Assembly: GCA_017499595.2 (NCBI GenBank)
Contig: CM038999.1
Span: 1,240,001 to 1,304,000 of the forward strand
Reading direction: 5' to 3'
Source of the DNA: Psilocybe cubensis
Lineage: Eukaryota
Length of the DNA stretch: 64,000 bases
The position numbers and the translations under genes were made by a program. The stretch's first letter is position 1. Every line of letters begins with the position of its first letter. The notes beneath the pieces are model-generated. The model worked only from the letters and a program-made list of their open reading frames with translations, did not search any database and was not told where the DNA came from. Below are positions 52,441 through 64,000 of this stretch, piece after piece.

Positions 52441-53149
52441 ATGGAAAATGTAAAGTCTGGCCAAGGCGGGACCTCAGAACCGAGGGCGGGCCAAATCAGG
52501 ACTGGCCCCGACAATGATACGCCAGTTGAAGAGCGGAACTGGGGTATTGTTAACCGCCAGAATGTCGCTGAACGCAGAGTGCGCACTGGTGCGCAGCAAG
52601 TGTTGTACTACACGGCGTCGTTGGGTGACCCCACCACTGCTTGATGCTTACAGAAAAGGTGCTGAGCAACCTTATTTTGTTTTGGATACGATCTGTTCTT
52701 GGCCAGAAGGGAAGGTCATAAGAACTCGTTGCTTTCAAATTTTGACCTTCGTTTCTGGCCTACTCTCATTAGGTCTGGGTAAGGACATGACAACGCATAG
52801 CATAGTAGTCAATTCTTTTATTCTGGAATCTAAGATATATTTCGCCTTGATCGGAGGGGCTATCTGGTTTCTCTGATTAGTACTCAAGGAGGCCCAGAAG
52901 GAATAAGATAAAATGAGACGCACACCCAAGAGTCACATGCTGATTTAGACGGTTATTGCCACAGATCTTTCAAAGTGTTCGGTGATTCTGTGTTTATCTT
53001 ACACAGAGGTGACGGACAAAACTTTAAAAATTCGTGGCCTTATTCCAAGTTTCATACAGAGTGGTGACCCTAGGAAGAAAGTTGCTAGGATAACTACTGG
53101 GGGAAAACCTCCTCAAAAACAGATCAGGGTTGAAGACGTAAAAAAATAG
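52441..53149 (+). CDS. Orphan ~172-aa protein with C-terminal histone H3-tail mimic (K9 position = Ile)
   Basis: Phase-compatible model with exons 52441-52604, 52654-52778, 52835-52879 and 52965-53149 (519 nt). The last exon encodes ...RKKVARITTGGKPPQKQIRVEDVKK*. The upstream exon linkage is less certain than the motif. Confidence 0.5.
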
Positions 53150-54347
53150 TACACGGCACCGTACTGAAAACTAATGACTATGGTGGTGAAGCGATGGTGG
53201 GCTATGCTGGATACATCCTCTTTTCATGACTGTTGATTGTGATATCCATTTCTAAAGAATCGGCGTTCCTGTGCTCTAGTCATCAAATGCCTTGCGGCGC
53301 TTATTGCTACTGGTGTTGTGTCGGGAATGACATTTTGTTTCCTTCCATAGGGCCTGTCAAGTCAGTATCAAGTGACAGCCCTGCAAAGTTCAAACACAAG
53401 GTAATAAGCAAGGTTGGATTTATAGTAGGTGCATTGTACGTGGGTCTTAGTCTTAATAAAGGATGTAAGTTAGCAAAGAGTGAACTAAATAGTACGTACT
53501 ATTGAGACTGGCGTGAGTAGTTTGATAGGGTCATTGAATGGATGTCGAAACTTTTCGATGACTAGGTTGTGGATCGCTGTCATCCGTGAAGGTAAAATGA
53601 GTTTGCTTTACGGATCCACGCAATGAAAAGATAGAGCCGCTTTTCGTAGTAGACCAACCGCAGGTACGAGCCAATGGAAGCTCTGCTAATCAATGAGCTT
53701 GTATATCGGGGACACGGAAAGCTTGTAACTGCCCCAAATGTTCATAGAGTAGGTCTATTCATGTTGGCGTCAAGGTTTGTTCTGGCCGACCGACTGCTCG
53801 GACTTCAATGTGGTCCTTGAAGTGGGGCGCAAATTCTCATGTGGAGCAGTGACACCACAATGACTGTTCCGAACAACGGAGTGCGCAGGCAAGAACGATT
53901 CAACGACGCCTGAGTGAAGAAATTCAAGTCATCCTGGTGCATCTGTTCTTCGGTGGCCTCTTTGAGTCGTCCACAACCAACCAGGAATCACAGCAGGTGT
54001 AATTAATTACGTATGGATAAGCAGCCCAGTGGTGCCTTGGCGTGAAAAGATTTTGTCAAGGAGGGCATGCAAAGTCAAAGCCCAGAGGCCGTAGATGAAT
54101 GTTGGTGGAAAAGATGATCATGAGTTTGAAGCGGGAGAAGTAACCAAACAAGGTCGAAGAATTATTCCGTTGATAATTAATTTCCAAAATTGATTGAATG
54201 TGACAGTCGCCAACTGTCCATTTCCCCGCTTGCGCCTTCATCGTTCAGCAACGCCCTTTGTGTTCAGATACGCTGAACGGACTCGAAGGCCATCTCTTTG
54301 ACGACGCGCATTCGCAATTCCGGCCATTTCTTCGTCCTTTCCTATCA

Positions 54348-56658
54348 ATGGGGTCAGAACCGCGTCCGGGATCACTCATATTCAGCTTACCCAGGCGGAG
54401 TCACCTCTATTCACACACACTTGTCACCAACGCTCTCAGGCTTCTCTGGGTTGTATTGGTGATATGGGGCGACCTCGGTGCCTTCTTCTGGAGCTTATCA
54501 GACTGCAGCTGGCCTGAAGTGAAGACTGGAAATGTGCGTGTAATCACAGAATTGCTTTAACTTTCCATTTTCTCAATATGTTCTTGCATATGTTCTGCAG
54601 AAGGTGCGACAGTCGCCGCAGACCACACATGTCTTGCTCGTAGCCGACCCACAAGTCCAGCATACTCTGCTGTTGTCTCCTGGGAGCTGGTGGGCAAACC
54701 CACTGCGGCGCGCCATGTTCGAGCTGAATATGCAAAAGAGTTGGCACGTCACGATGCGGTTGCGGCCCCATGTTGTGATATTTCTGGGAGATATGCTTGC
54801 GAATGGGAAAGCAGCCAGGTCTTTAGAAGAGTATGTCCCTCCGCTGAAAATATCGCCTACGTGATATGCGTGTCGTGGCTAACCCTGTTTAGGTATAGGG
54901 AAGCGGCCAACTATTTCAAGTCGGTTTTTGCAACCGACCCGAGAACAAAGGTGTACTATGTACCGGGTAATAATGATGTTGGGTACGTTTGGCGCGTTAC
55001 GCAAGAATTCTCTCAACGCTCCATGAACTGTGACTGAGTATACCTCCCTTATAGTCTAGGCTCTGTGTCGGCCGTCGCATCAAATCTACGTTCATACTAC
55101 ACAGACTCCTTTGGGCCGCTAAATCAAAATATCGTGATTTCAAATCATACATTCATCGCCCTAGATGCTCCTGCACTTGTAGATGAGGATTACCATCGAC
55201 ATGGCCAAGGTACAAGTTTTGACAAGTGGAAACCTATTGAGGGCGGCGCTGTTGAATTCGTCAAGGAGATGGCAGTTTGTAAGCAAAACATCTATATCCC
55301 ATTTATCGCCTTGCCGCTGATGCTGCCCTTGTTATAAGACGATCCGGGAAATGTTATTCTACTGAGCCATATCCCACTTGCACGTCCGGAGACTGCTGAT
55401 TGTGGTCCATTCAGGGAGAAGGGTGGTATTAGAAGGAGTGCTGGACCAGGATATCAAAGTGCCTTAGGCCGACAAACCACGCGTTTCCTACTGAAAAATC
55501 TTGAACCTCTAGTGGTATTCAGGTATGTGAAATCTTGAATTGCGAAAATTCTAATTAATCAATCATCCCTCCAGCGCCGATAACCGTGACTACTGCGAAT
55601 ATACTCACGTTCTTCCGGGCACTCGCGTCGACGGACACAATCATATCAACGCTATACGTGAAGTAACCGTCAAATCCTTTTCTATGTCCGTACATATCAG
55701 AAGGCCAGGTTTCCAGCTGTTGTCGCTAGTTGACCCCGCCACACTCGCCAATCCCGATTTTCATTCATTCGCCGACACCCCCTGTCTCCTACCCGACCAA
55801 AACAGGCTATATACAGGCTTTTATCTCCCCTGTCTAATAATTACTTTACTCGTCCTTATTGTCCTCAACTTCAGCCGACATCGATCAAGAGGGAAGCCAC
55901 ACGCCCTATCTGTCACCCCGTCGCCTCGCAGCAGCGGGCGAAACAGTCCCAATCCTGGGTTCGGCCCGGCGTCTCCGTCGTGGAATGGCCCTTGGTCCCC
56001 GTTCTCGCCAGCAATGCCTGTGAGCCCGCGTACGACGCTACCCTCGTATCTGCGGACGCCACATGCGCAGTCTGGCTCTGCGACGCGCTTGGTCGCGTCG
56101 TTGCCTGGTACACCGGCGCCATCATCCCCTTCGTTTTTGACAGTGCCAATGCCCTTTTCGGATAAAGCTGATGATGATTTTGACGATGACACGATGTACC
56201 CTGCTCAGTATGCTATACGGCGTGAGGGCACTGGGCTACTTTTTAGACATAGGGAGGATGACGATGAATGGTCGCATGTTGGACAGGGTAGCGAGCGAGA
56301 CGATCATGAACTCCTTTTTCATGGCGACCAGGAAGCGGGAGCTGGTACCACCCCGCAATTGCAGTCGAAGTTCATTTCTGCGCCAGACAATAACTCGCGA
56401 TTACTTGCAACAAAAAAGCGGAAATATCATTGGAGCTATACCTTTGTTTTCAAAGGCCGAAGACGGAGGATTTCAATTGGCCTTCCGTCTTGGAACTCGC
56501 TACATAATTTCCTGGATTTTTTCGGGTTTGAGAATTTGTCAAACTTCGGCACTGGGACTCATCGCGGTTCTGGAGTTGCGGCTGTGTTGGTGGACATTTT
56601 GAGTGTGTTCTGGCCTGCAGTGGTGACATGGTTAATTATCAACTGGACTATCCTATAG
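54348..56658 (+). CDS. Cdc1/PGAP5-like calcineurin-fold metallophosphoesterase (degenerate metal motifs)
   Basis: N-terminal TM, then LVADPQ, FLGDML, VPGNNDVG, LLSHIPLAR..CGPFRE, GPGYQ, FSADNRDYC and EVTVKSFSM..RRPGFQLLSL. C-terminal TMs. Confidence 0.85.
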
Positions 56659-57726
56659 ACTTTCTTTTTATAACATACTTCTGTAGTCATACCATTATAT
56701 ACATACCTAGACATATCTGCTATTGGCGGTGGTTCATTCCGCGCAATCTTTTCAACTACATACATTCTTTTTCTAGTGGCTTGCTGCTTGACCATCGTTT
56801 TACCAGTGATATATACCCTCTGGTGTATCTGGCATATATGTAATATTTTGTATGTACGATAATGTACCTTCTACCACTGGCGTAGATTCGACCGAAATAA
56901 GCGCCCATGGTCTCCCGTCAATCTTGGCCCTGTTTGCCCCTGGCGATCGTCGAAGGAGGTACTTATAAACTTCGAGCCCGAGGTCCATCTATCCAGCTAG
57001 TAGATAACTTAGTAACAACGGATTACGCTTATACATATCATTGTGCAAATATACAGACAATTCGACGTTGAAACTTAGATACTCACAAAATCCACGCATG
57101 CTCTGGTATGAGAGAAACCCCTTGGGTCGGTAACTGACCATGAACTAACTGAACAAAAGCTCCCTGTGCACTCGAGCTGGTTTTACGGAGTCGCATATAT
57201 AAAAGTAATATTGCCATGCGACCTCGAGGGCCGAGCATTCTGACTAGCCAATGAAACTGCCCCAATTTCAGCACCAGTCAAGCTTATTTCCCTAGGAGAA
57301 GATAAAAAAATATTAACACTTCACAAAGCTTAATCAAATGTGAGAAACAGAGGTGTAGTTGGCTATAATTGCAAAGGGTGGGTAGACCGGTAGCCGGTTA
57401 TTCTCGGTTAACGCGCCATGGCGGAGGCAGATGTAGCGGTGTCGAGAAAAGCCGAGGCGGGGTATCAGCCCACTACGATGGTCCCGGAGATGAAAACATG
57501 CGTAGCGACTAGGAAAAGGACACGTTCCGTGTACTCGAAATGAGTAATTGATAAAGGACCTGGGTACCCATCTATCCTGGTCCATTTCCCGTTTAAACGG
57601 CGGCGGTGCCCTTTGCCAGTGATTCAATAAAACCAAGTATCAGGCCAGAAAGTTGTTGCTACGCTTTGCCGATCCTTCCAGATCTTTCCTCTCTTCCTTA
57701 CCACCACCTACCCCAATCCCCGAAGA

Positions 57727-58949
<1,223 letters not shown>

Positions 58950-59172
58950 ACGGGATAAAGTCGTTTAGAAACAAAATTCTTTTGTATCACTTAAATATTT
59001 GTAGTTTGCGTTATCTTTATTTCTTATGCATAGTTTGGAAGTCTTGAAGCAAAAAAGTAATTGAACGCGTGAGACAAACAAATAACAACGCGTCAATTAT
59101 TGTGAGTGTGCCAAGCCTAAATTTACCTAGCCTTTCATCAATACTTTCTCACTCCTTTGCTACTCCTTTGCG

Positions 59173-60581
59173 ATGCCTAACAACCAACGAGACCATTCTG
59201 AGGACTCGCCAGACGGTAAGAAGCATAAATTATACTTTATCACTTTACTAACACGTTGAATGACGACAATAGACATTGTTTTTGACCCAGACCAGAGCGC
59301 TGATGTAAAGCGCGCTCTCCGCCAGGACTATCGCTCATTAGTGAAGAAGGTCCAAGGTACGCGTTTTTTTACAGAGAAAAAGACCCAAAACTAGGCTACT
59401 TAACTGGAGCATAACATTGGACAGAACAGCAAGGAAATCTTAACGATGTAACGCCAGAAGATTTGTTGGCAAAAGTGCAGCAGGCGGACGAACTCTTCGT
59501 AAAAGGTGCATAGACTCGAATGAAACCGCATTCCCCGCTCATGAGAAACCTTTCTACACAGTAAGGGGCCCCCAGGAAGCAACCCTGGACGCACAATTGC
59601 TACTCATGGCCACCAACCTCGGCGCGCAGAAAGCACGCGCTATGAAGTCAGGATCCGGCGTATTTGACGCCGACAATTTTGTGTCAAAGCTGGTGACCTA
59701 TATGGGTGGTAAAAGCTTTGAAGCGATGTCGGAGGACTCTGACTCCGATGATGGACATGGCAGACCGCCACTCGATTGGGATAGGATTGGGCGGAAGGCA
59801 ATGGCAAAGAGCCATCGTGTGCCACTTACTGGGTTTATGTACGGTATCCTATCTTTGTTTACCCTATTCTGTGCTTACTGTTATAATTCAATAAAGGCTG
59901 GGGCCATTATCTATAGAACAGAAAAAGAGGGCAGTAACTAAACGATCCAAGCTAGAAAAAAACAAATCAGACGAGCAAAAACCACAAGAACTTAAAGAAG
60001 AGGACATTTCACGATCAAAGAACGAAACATCAACCAATGTCAATCTGGTACGAGCAGTCTTTTTGGGGCTTGAGATGTTGCAAAGTTCTGATAAATTCGA
60101 TAGCTCGGTTCAATTCTGGATCATTTCGATTTTGAAAATCCAGTAAACATCTTCGAGTTTGTCATCAACCCAAACGATTTCGCCCAGTCCGTGGAAAACG
60201 TTTTTTACTTGTCGTTCCTTATTCGCGATGGGCAAGCGGCTTTTGAGACAAGAGATGGTGTGCCTGTTGTTTGTGAGTGGACCATGCTCTCATCCAGTAG
60301 AGTGTACATGCTACCTTGCTTATAACGATCTCAGATGGCTGTGGAAAACCTGAACAGGCGGATTACGACCAGGGCTTAAAGAAGAGGCAACTGGTCCTAG
60401 AATTTGATATGGAAACCTGGAAGGTACTTGCCACATTAAAGAGTCATGGTGCTCAATGCGTTGTTGACCACTGCGTGGTTGATTCTTATAGCGTGCTATC
60501 GAAATCTTTGATATTAAAAAGCCCATGATTCCACAAAGGGCGCCATCGTTAACAAAATTAGGCGATAAATGGTATGGTTAA
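59173..60581 (+). CDS. NSE4: SMC5/6 complex kleisin subunit Nse4
   Basis: LRQDYRSL, VRGPQEATLDAQLL, FM|LGPLSIEQKKR, FVINPNDFAQSVENVFYLSFLIRDG and FDMETWK|RAIEIFDI. Confidence 0.9.
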
Positions 60582-60739
60582 TCGGCCATCTTTAAGATGC
60601 ATCAACACACCTACACGTTTAAATGTGCTGCTTTTTTATTTTAACTAATGTTTTTCCGTAGTGTTTTCATAGTGTACACATATCATATCTGTTTCATTTC
60701 CTTTCATGACAATACATATAATCCGGGATATAATAATGA

Positions 60740-62199
60740 TTAGCAGGACGTCCTGGGATGGAAAGGGAACTTCAGGTTGCCGTCGGAGTCGTATATGCCA
60801 TAGCCTGGCTCTTGGTTATCGCTGTAGATGTGGGCAAACCAACCCACACCTCCGCCCACCACCTCTTTCAAGTCTTCACAATGGTTATCAAGAAGGATAT
60901 AATATTGCTATGTTTATAATTCAGGGAATGACATTGAATAAGGTAGAAGATTTTACTAACCTGTTCATTCTCAACATCAGCCACAGCTAGTGGACTGTTT
61001 GGTTGAACACTGGGAGAAGTTACGGACGGCCAGCCGTTCTAGGTAGAGCAAAAGAAGCAAGTCGTCAGAAATGCAGTCTTCGGTTAACAGACAGCGAATG
61101 TAACCTCATCAAAATACATCTTCTTCCCATTTCCATGTGTTATGAACCAATCCATGTCGTTAAGGACAAGAGGCCATGATTCATTGGCTATACAAGATAC
61201 GGTTTAGGATATGGATCGTTGATGACGATAGATTATATACCAGTTGATGCTGTTTGTTGGAAGAACGGAAGCATATGTATATTGATAGAGTCAATGGCGT
61301 CCAACACGTCCTGCGCACCACCACGCTCTTGATATCTGTAAGGTACAATCTGATGAAAACAACTTTTATAAATTTATGACACCACACACTCACCCATAGG
61401 CCAGTTCTGACACAGTCACAGGAATTGAGAGACTGGATAGATTGGCTTTAGCCAACTGGACTTGCTCGGCCAGCTGGTCATGTGGAAGAACATTGTCGTA
61501 GAGAGGCTCCGACCCAAACTGTAGAACCCTCGTAACGTATTTGGCCCTAGGATTGCTGTGAAGGTTGGCAAGAAGGACATCTCTCCTGCCCATCCAAATG
61601 TCATCACCGTTGAAGCCAAACTCATCATTAAAAGAGAGTAAACACTAGTGACGCAAATCTTCAGATCATTGTTTGACCCACCCATATCAATGCATGTACA
61701 CCAAGGCCATTCTCCCAAGCAGCATCAACGATATCGTCACTATATGAATTGTATCAAACTAGATTCCAAAGCTGGCTGTCCATGAAAAACTTACTAGAAA
61801 CCTTCGCGATCGCAGGCTCCATACAGTCGAACATAGCGCGAATTAAAATGGTGTCTGATATCCTTAAACTCTTTTTTCAACTGTTCGGCACTTTGACCTT
61901 GGATGAAATTTGATTGCATGTTCAAGAACAATATAAGAGCACGGAGAATCATACTCACATGCTGTGACTTCATAGCTAAAACCAACAAAAGCATATTCGG
62001 TGGCCGCATCGCACCACCAGCCTTTTAAATCGTGAGGGGTATGCTTTGGCATTTTGAAATCGAGGGCAGGAAAACAGCCCCTTGGCGATTCTTTTCTCCT
62101 AGCCACGTTTTGGTAGTGTGCTGGGATGAGTGCGCCTAGGACGACATCGAAAACTAACGAACAAGCAACAGTGATGTATGTGGCTAACAGAGATCGCAT
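60740..62199 (-). CDS. Secreted glycoside hydrolase, GH17-like beta-glucanase
   Basis: Signal peptide, then YVRLYGACD, QFGSEPLYD (acid/base Glu), VTVSELAYG, IHMLPFF and YFDE|NGWPS (nucleophile region). Ends FPFHPRTSC*. Confidence 0.82.
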
Positions 62200-62620
62200 A
62201 GAGGTTTGTTTCTCAAGAGGGTTAAGAATCTAGTAATATATATATCAGGTGGGAAGGGGTTGTTGTGGTTTTGTCTGTGGCAGGACAAGTGGTAGGCAGA
62301 CTCTTCTTTTTGGGACGTGACGGTCCGACCTGTGTCGTTCTGTCTGTCCAAAATACACAGAGTTAGGCCCTAAATATACGGTTTCAAGACCGAGAAGTCG
62401 CGAACCGTCATAGTTGTAAATTGGTCCACCAGCCCCCAAGATTGCATATTAGACGAAACTAACTCATGACTATTACTTATTGAAATGAAAGGAGAGGAAA
62501 CCATCTGTTTGACGTCAGAACAGAAACGTTTATAAGGAATGTACTGAAAACTTACCATATATACTTTATCACATAAGAATAGTACATTAGTTACTCATGC
62601 AAAGATTACAGTACCAGCCT

Positions 62621-64000
62621 TCAAATGTCAAGGATTAGCCCAAGTGGCAGCATGGTGTGGCCTTTCAGTGCCACCTCTTCCCATGAATGCGTAGAAAGCT
62701 AAAACCATCGTTTGACATTAGTGCTACGCATATCAGACAGGTAAAACTGTAACGCACATGGTAGGCCGCCTTGGATGAATGTATCACGTTCATGTGATCA
62801 GGTATTTCGCCATCGTTCTGAACGCAAACAAGTTGTTTAGCCAATCTGCCTGGTAGAAGGCAAGACAAAAATACACACCATCCAGGCTTCGTCCAAGTCA
62901 CGAATGCCCAACCGCAGGTCAAGAGGTATCTGTGACGGTAAAACGAGCACGTGGACCGTAGGAACATATGGTCTGGAAGATGCTGCTTCCATTGACAACT
63001 TCTTCAAGTTCGACACATAGTCAGAATATGACAGAATCGGACAGACAAAGCATTTTTACCATCACAAGGTCCAAAGCGAATTTTATGGACCTTCTATCAC
63101 TTCGAGCTTCTTTGCCAACCACAAGGTAAAACTCCCATATACAGTTGACAATGTAGATCGATTTCTGAAGTTCCTGTTCCATCGAAATGAACGGTACAGC
63201 AATCAACTATCAGGAAAGGTCAGCTCGCGGAGTTGAGAGCAGTAAAGAAGTGTTTACTGGGCAGCCCTTTCCATTAGTGTCAAGTCTCCACACAGAGGGG
63301 TCAATGATAGCGGAGGTGGTTCGCCACTGCCAGTAATCAGCTTTGGCGAAGTCATTGTCCCCGAGGATCATCCAGAACATTTCATCATTATCATCTTCTC
63401 CTTCCAGTAGCACAATCGGGAGCACAAGGTCCTTTGAAAACGTTTCGACGTATTTCAGCGCCGCATCTCGTTCCGGTTGAGTCGAACCACGTCCGTGCCA
63501 TACATAGATAGAGCCCAGAAGAGTAAAGCAATAGCTGAAGGCAGAGCAAAGATTGTGGACGTTCTGAAGAAGATCAAATATTGAATCTGGATGGCAGGAC
63601 AGTAAAGAAAGAACAAATTGATGAAACTTACCAAATCATGCTCATCAATCACTATATTCCCTCCGCAAGATCTCACGAGGTGCATAGTTGTATTGTCAGA
63701 GGTCCAATGAGTCCGGGTACCCTAAGAATACGAAATTAGAGAAAAGCAAGATAACTTGCAACAACACGAACCTGGCGAACGGCTAGTTGTCCTCCCAAGA
63801 TTTCTATGAACTCAGGAGGTTCAGCCAATTGTTGAATAATTTTCTGAAGCAAACGTTAGTAAGGTGTTTTGCAAGAAAATTAGTTGAGATACCGCAGTCG
63901 TTCCGTATCGTGTTGCCAATTCTTGGAGCTTTTTTTCTTCCCTATCCCCGAGGATACTTTTCCTCCCTAACCAACACCAAACAGATGTCGATGCCAGGCC
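62621..64000 (-). CDS. Gelsolin/villin-like domain protein, 3' part (5' end outside window)
   Basis: Exons read NLCSAFSYC..IYVWHGRGSTQPERDAA..LEGEDDNDEMFWMILG, IYIVNCIWEFYLVVG and PFRPTVHVLVLPSQIPLDL. Ends MLPLGLILDI*. Confidence 0.75.

Overview
Eukaryotic, gene-dense fungal DNA. Short (about 50-90 nt) GT-AG introns with CTRAC-like branch sites and the gene content point to an Agaricomycete (mushroom-forming basidiomycete); the taxon is inferred. About 24 intron-split protein genes were reconstructed by eye. They include bleomycin hydrolase (3' part), CTR9, two MFS transporters, a WBP4-like U1 zinc finger, an apparently frameshifted F-box-like gene, an FLC/TRP-like channel, ATP5, an ICMT-like methyltransferase, an Smr-domain protein, a chitin synthase, a JID1-like J-protein, an MBL-fold hydrolase, a BSD protein, a P5B ATPase (YPK9), a Ser/Thr-rich surface protein, a Cdc1-like phosphoesterase, HEM2, NSE4, a GH17-like glucanase and a gelsolin-like gene (3' part). 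The most interesting signals are small spliced genes that the unspliced ORF track misses. (1) A ~172-aa orphan ends in a histone H3 N-tail mimic with Ile at the K9 position (KKVARITTGGKPPQKQI vs KQTARKSTGGKAPRKQL). (2) A 58-aa Lys/Ala/Pro microprotein resembles a histone H1 tail and has a TATA box and 5'UTR intron. (3) A secreted 8-Cys protein is MiAMP1-like. (4) A four-intron transcript in an AT-rich gap has only a 29-codon ORF. No rRNA, tRNA, CRISPR or intact transposase was recognised. All exon models are manual and unverified by RNA data.
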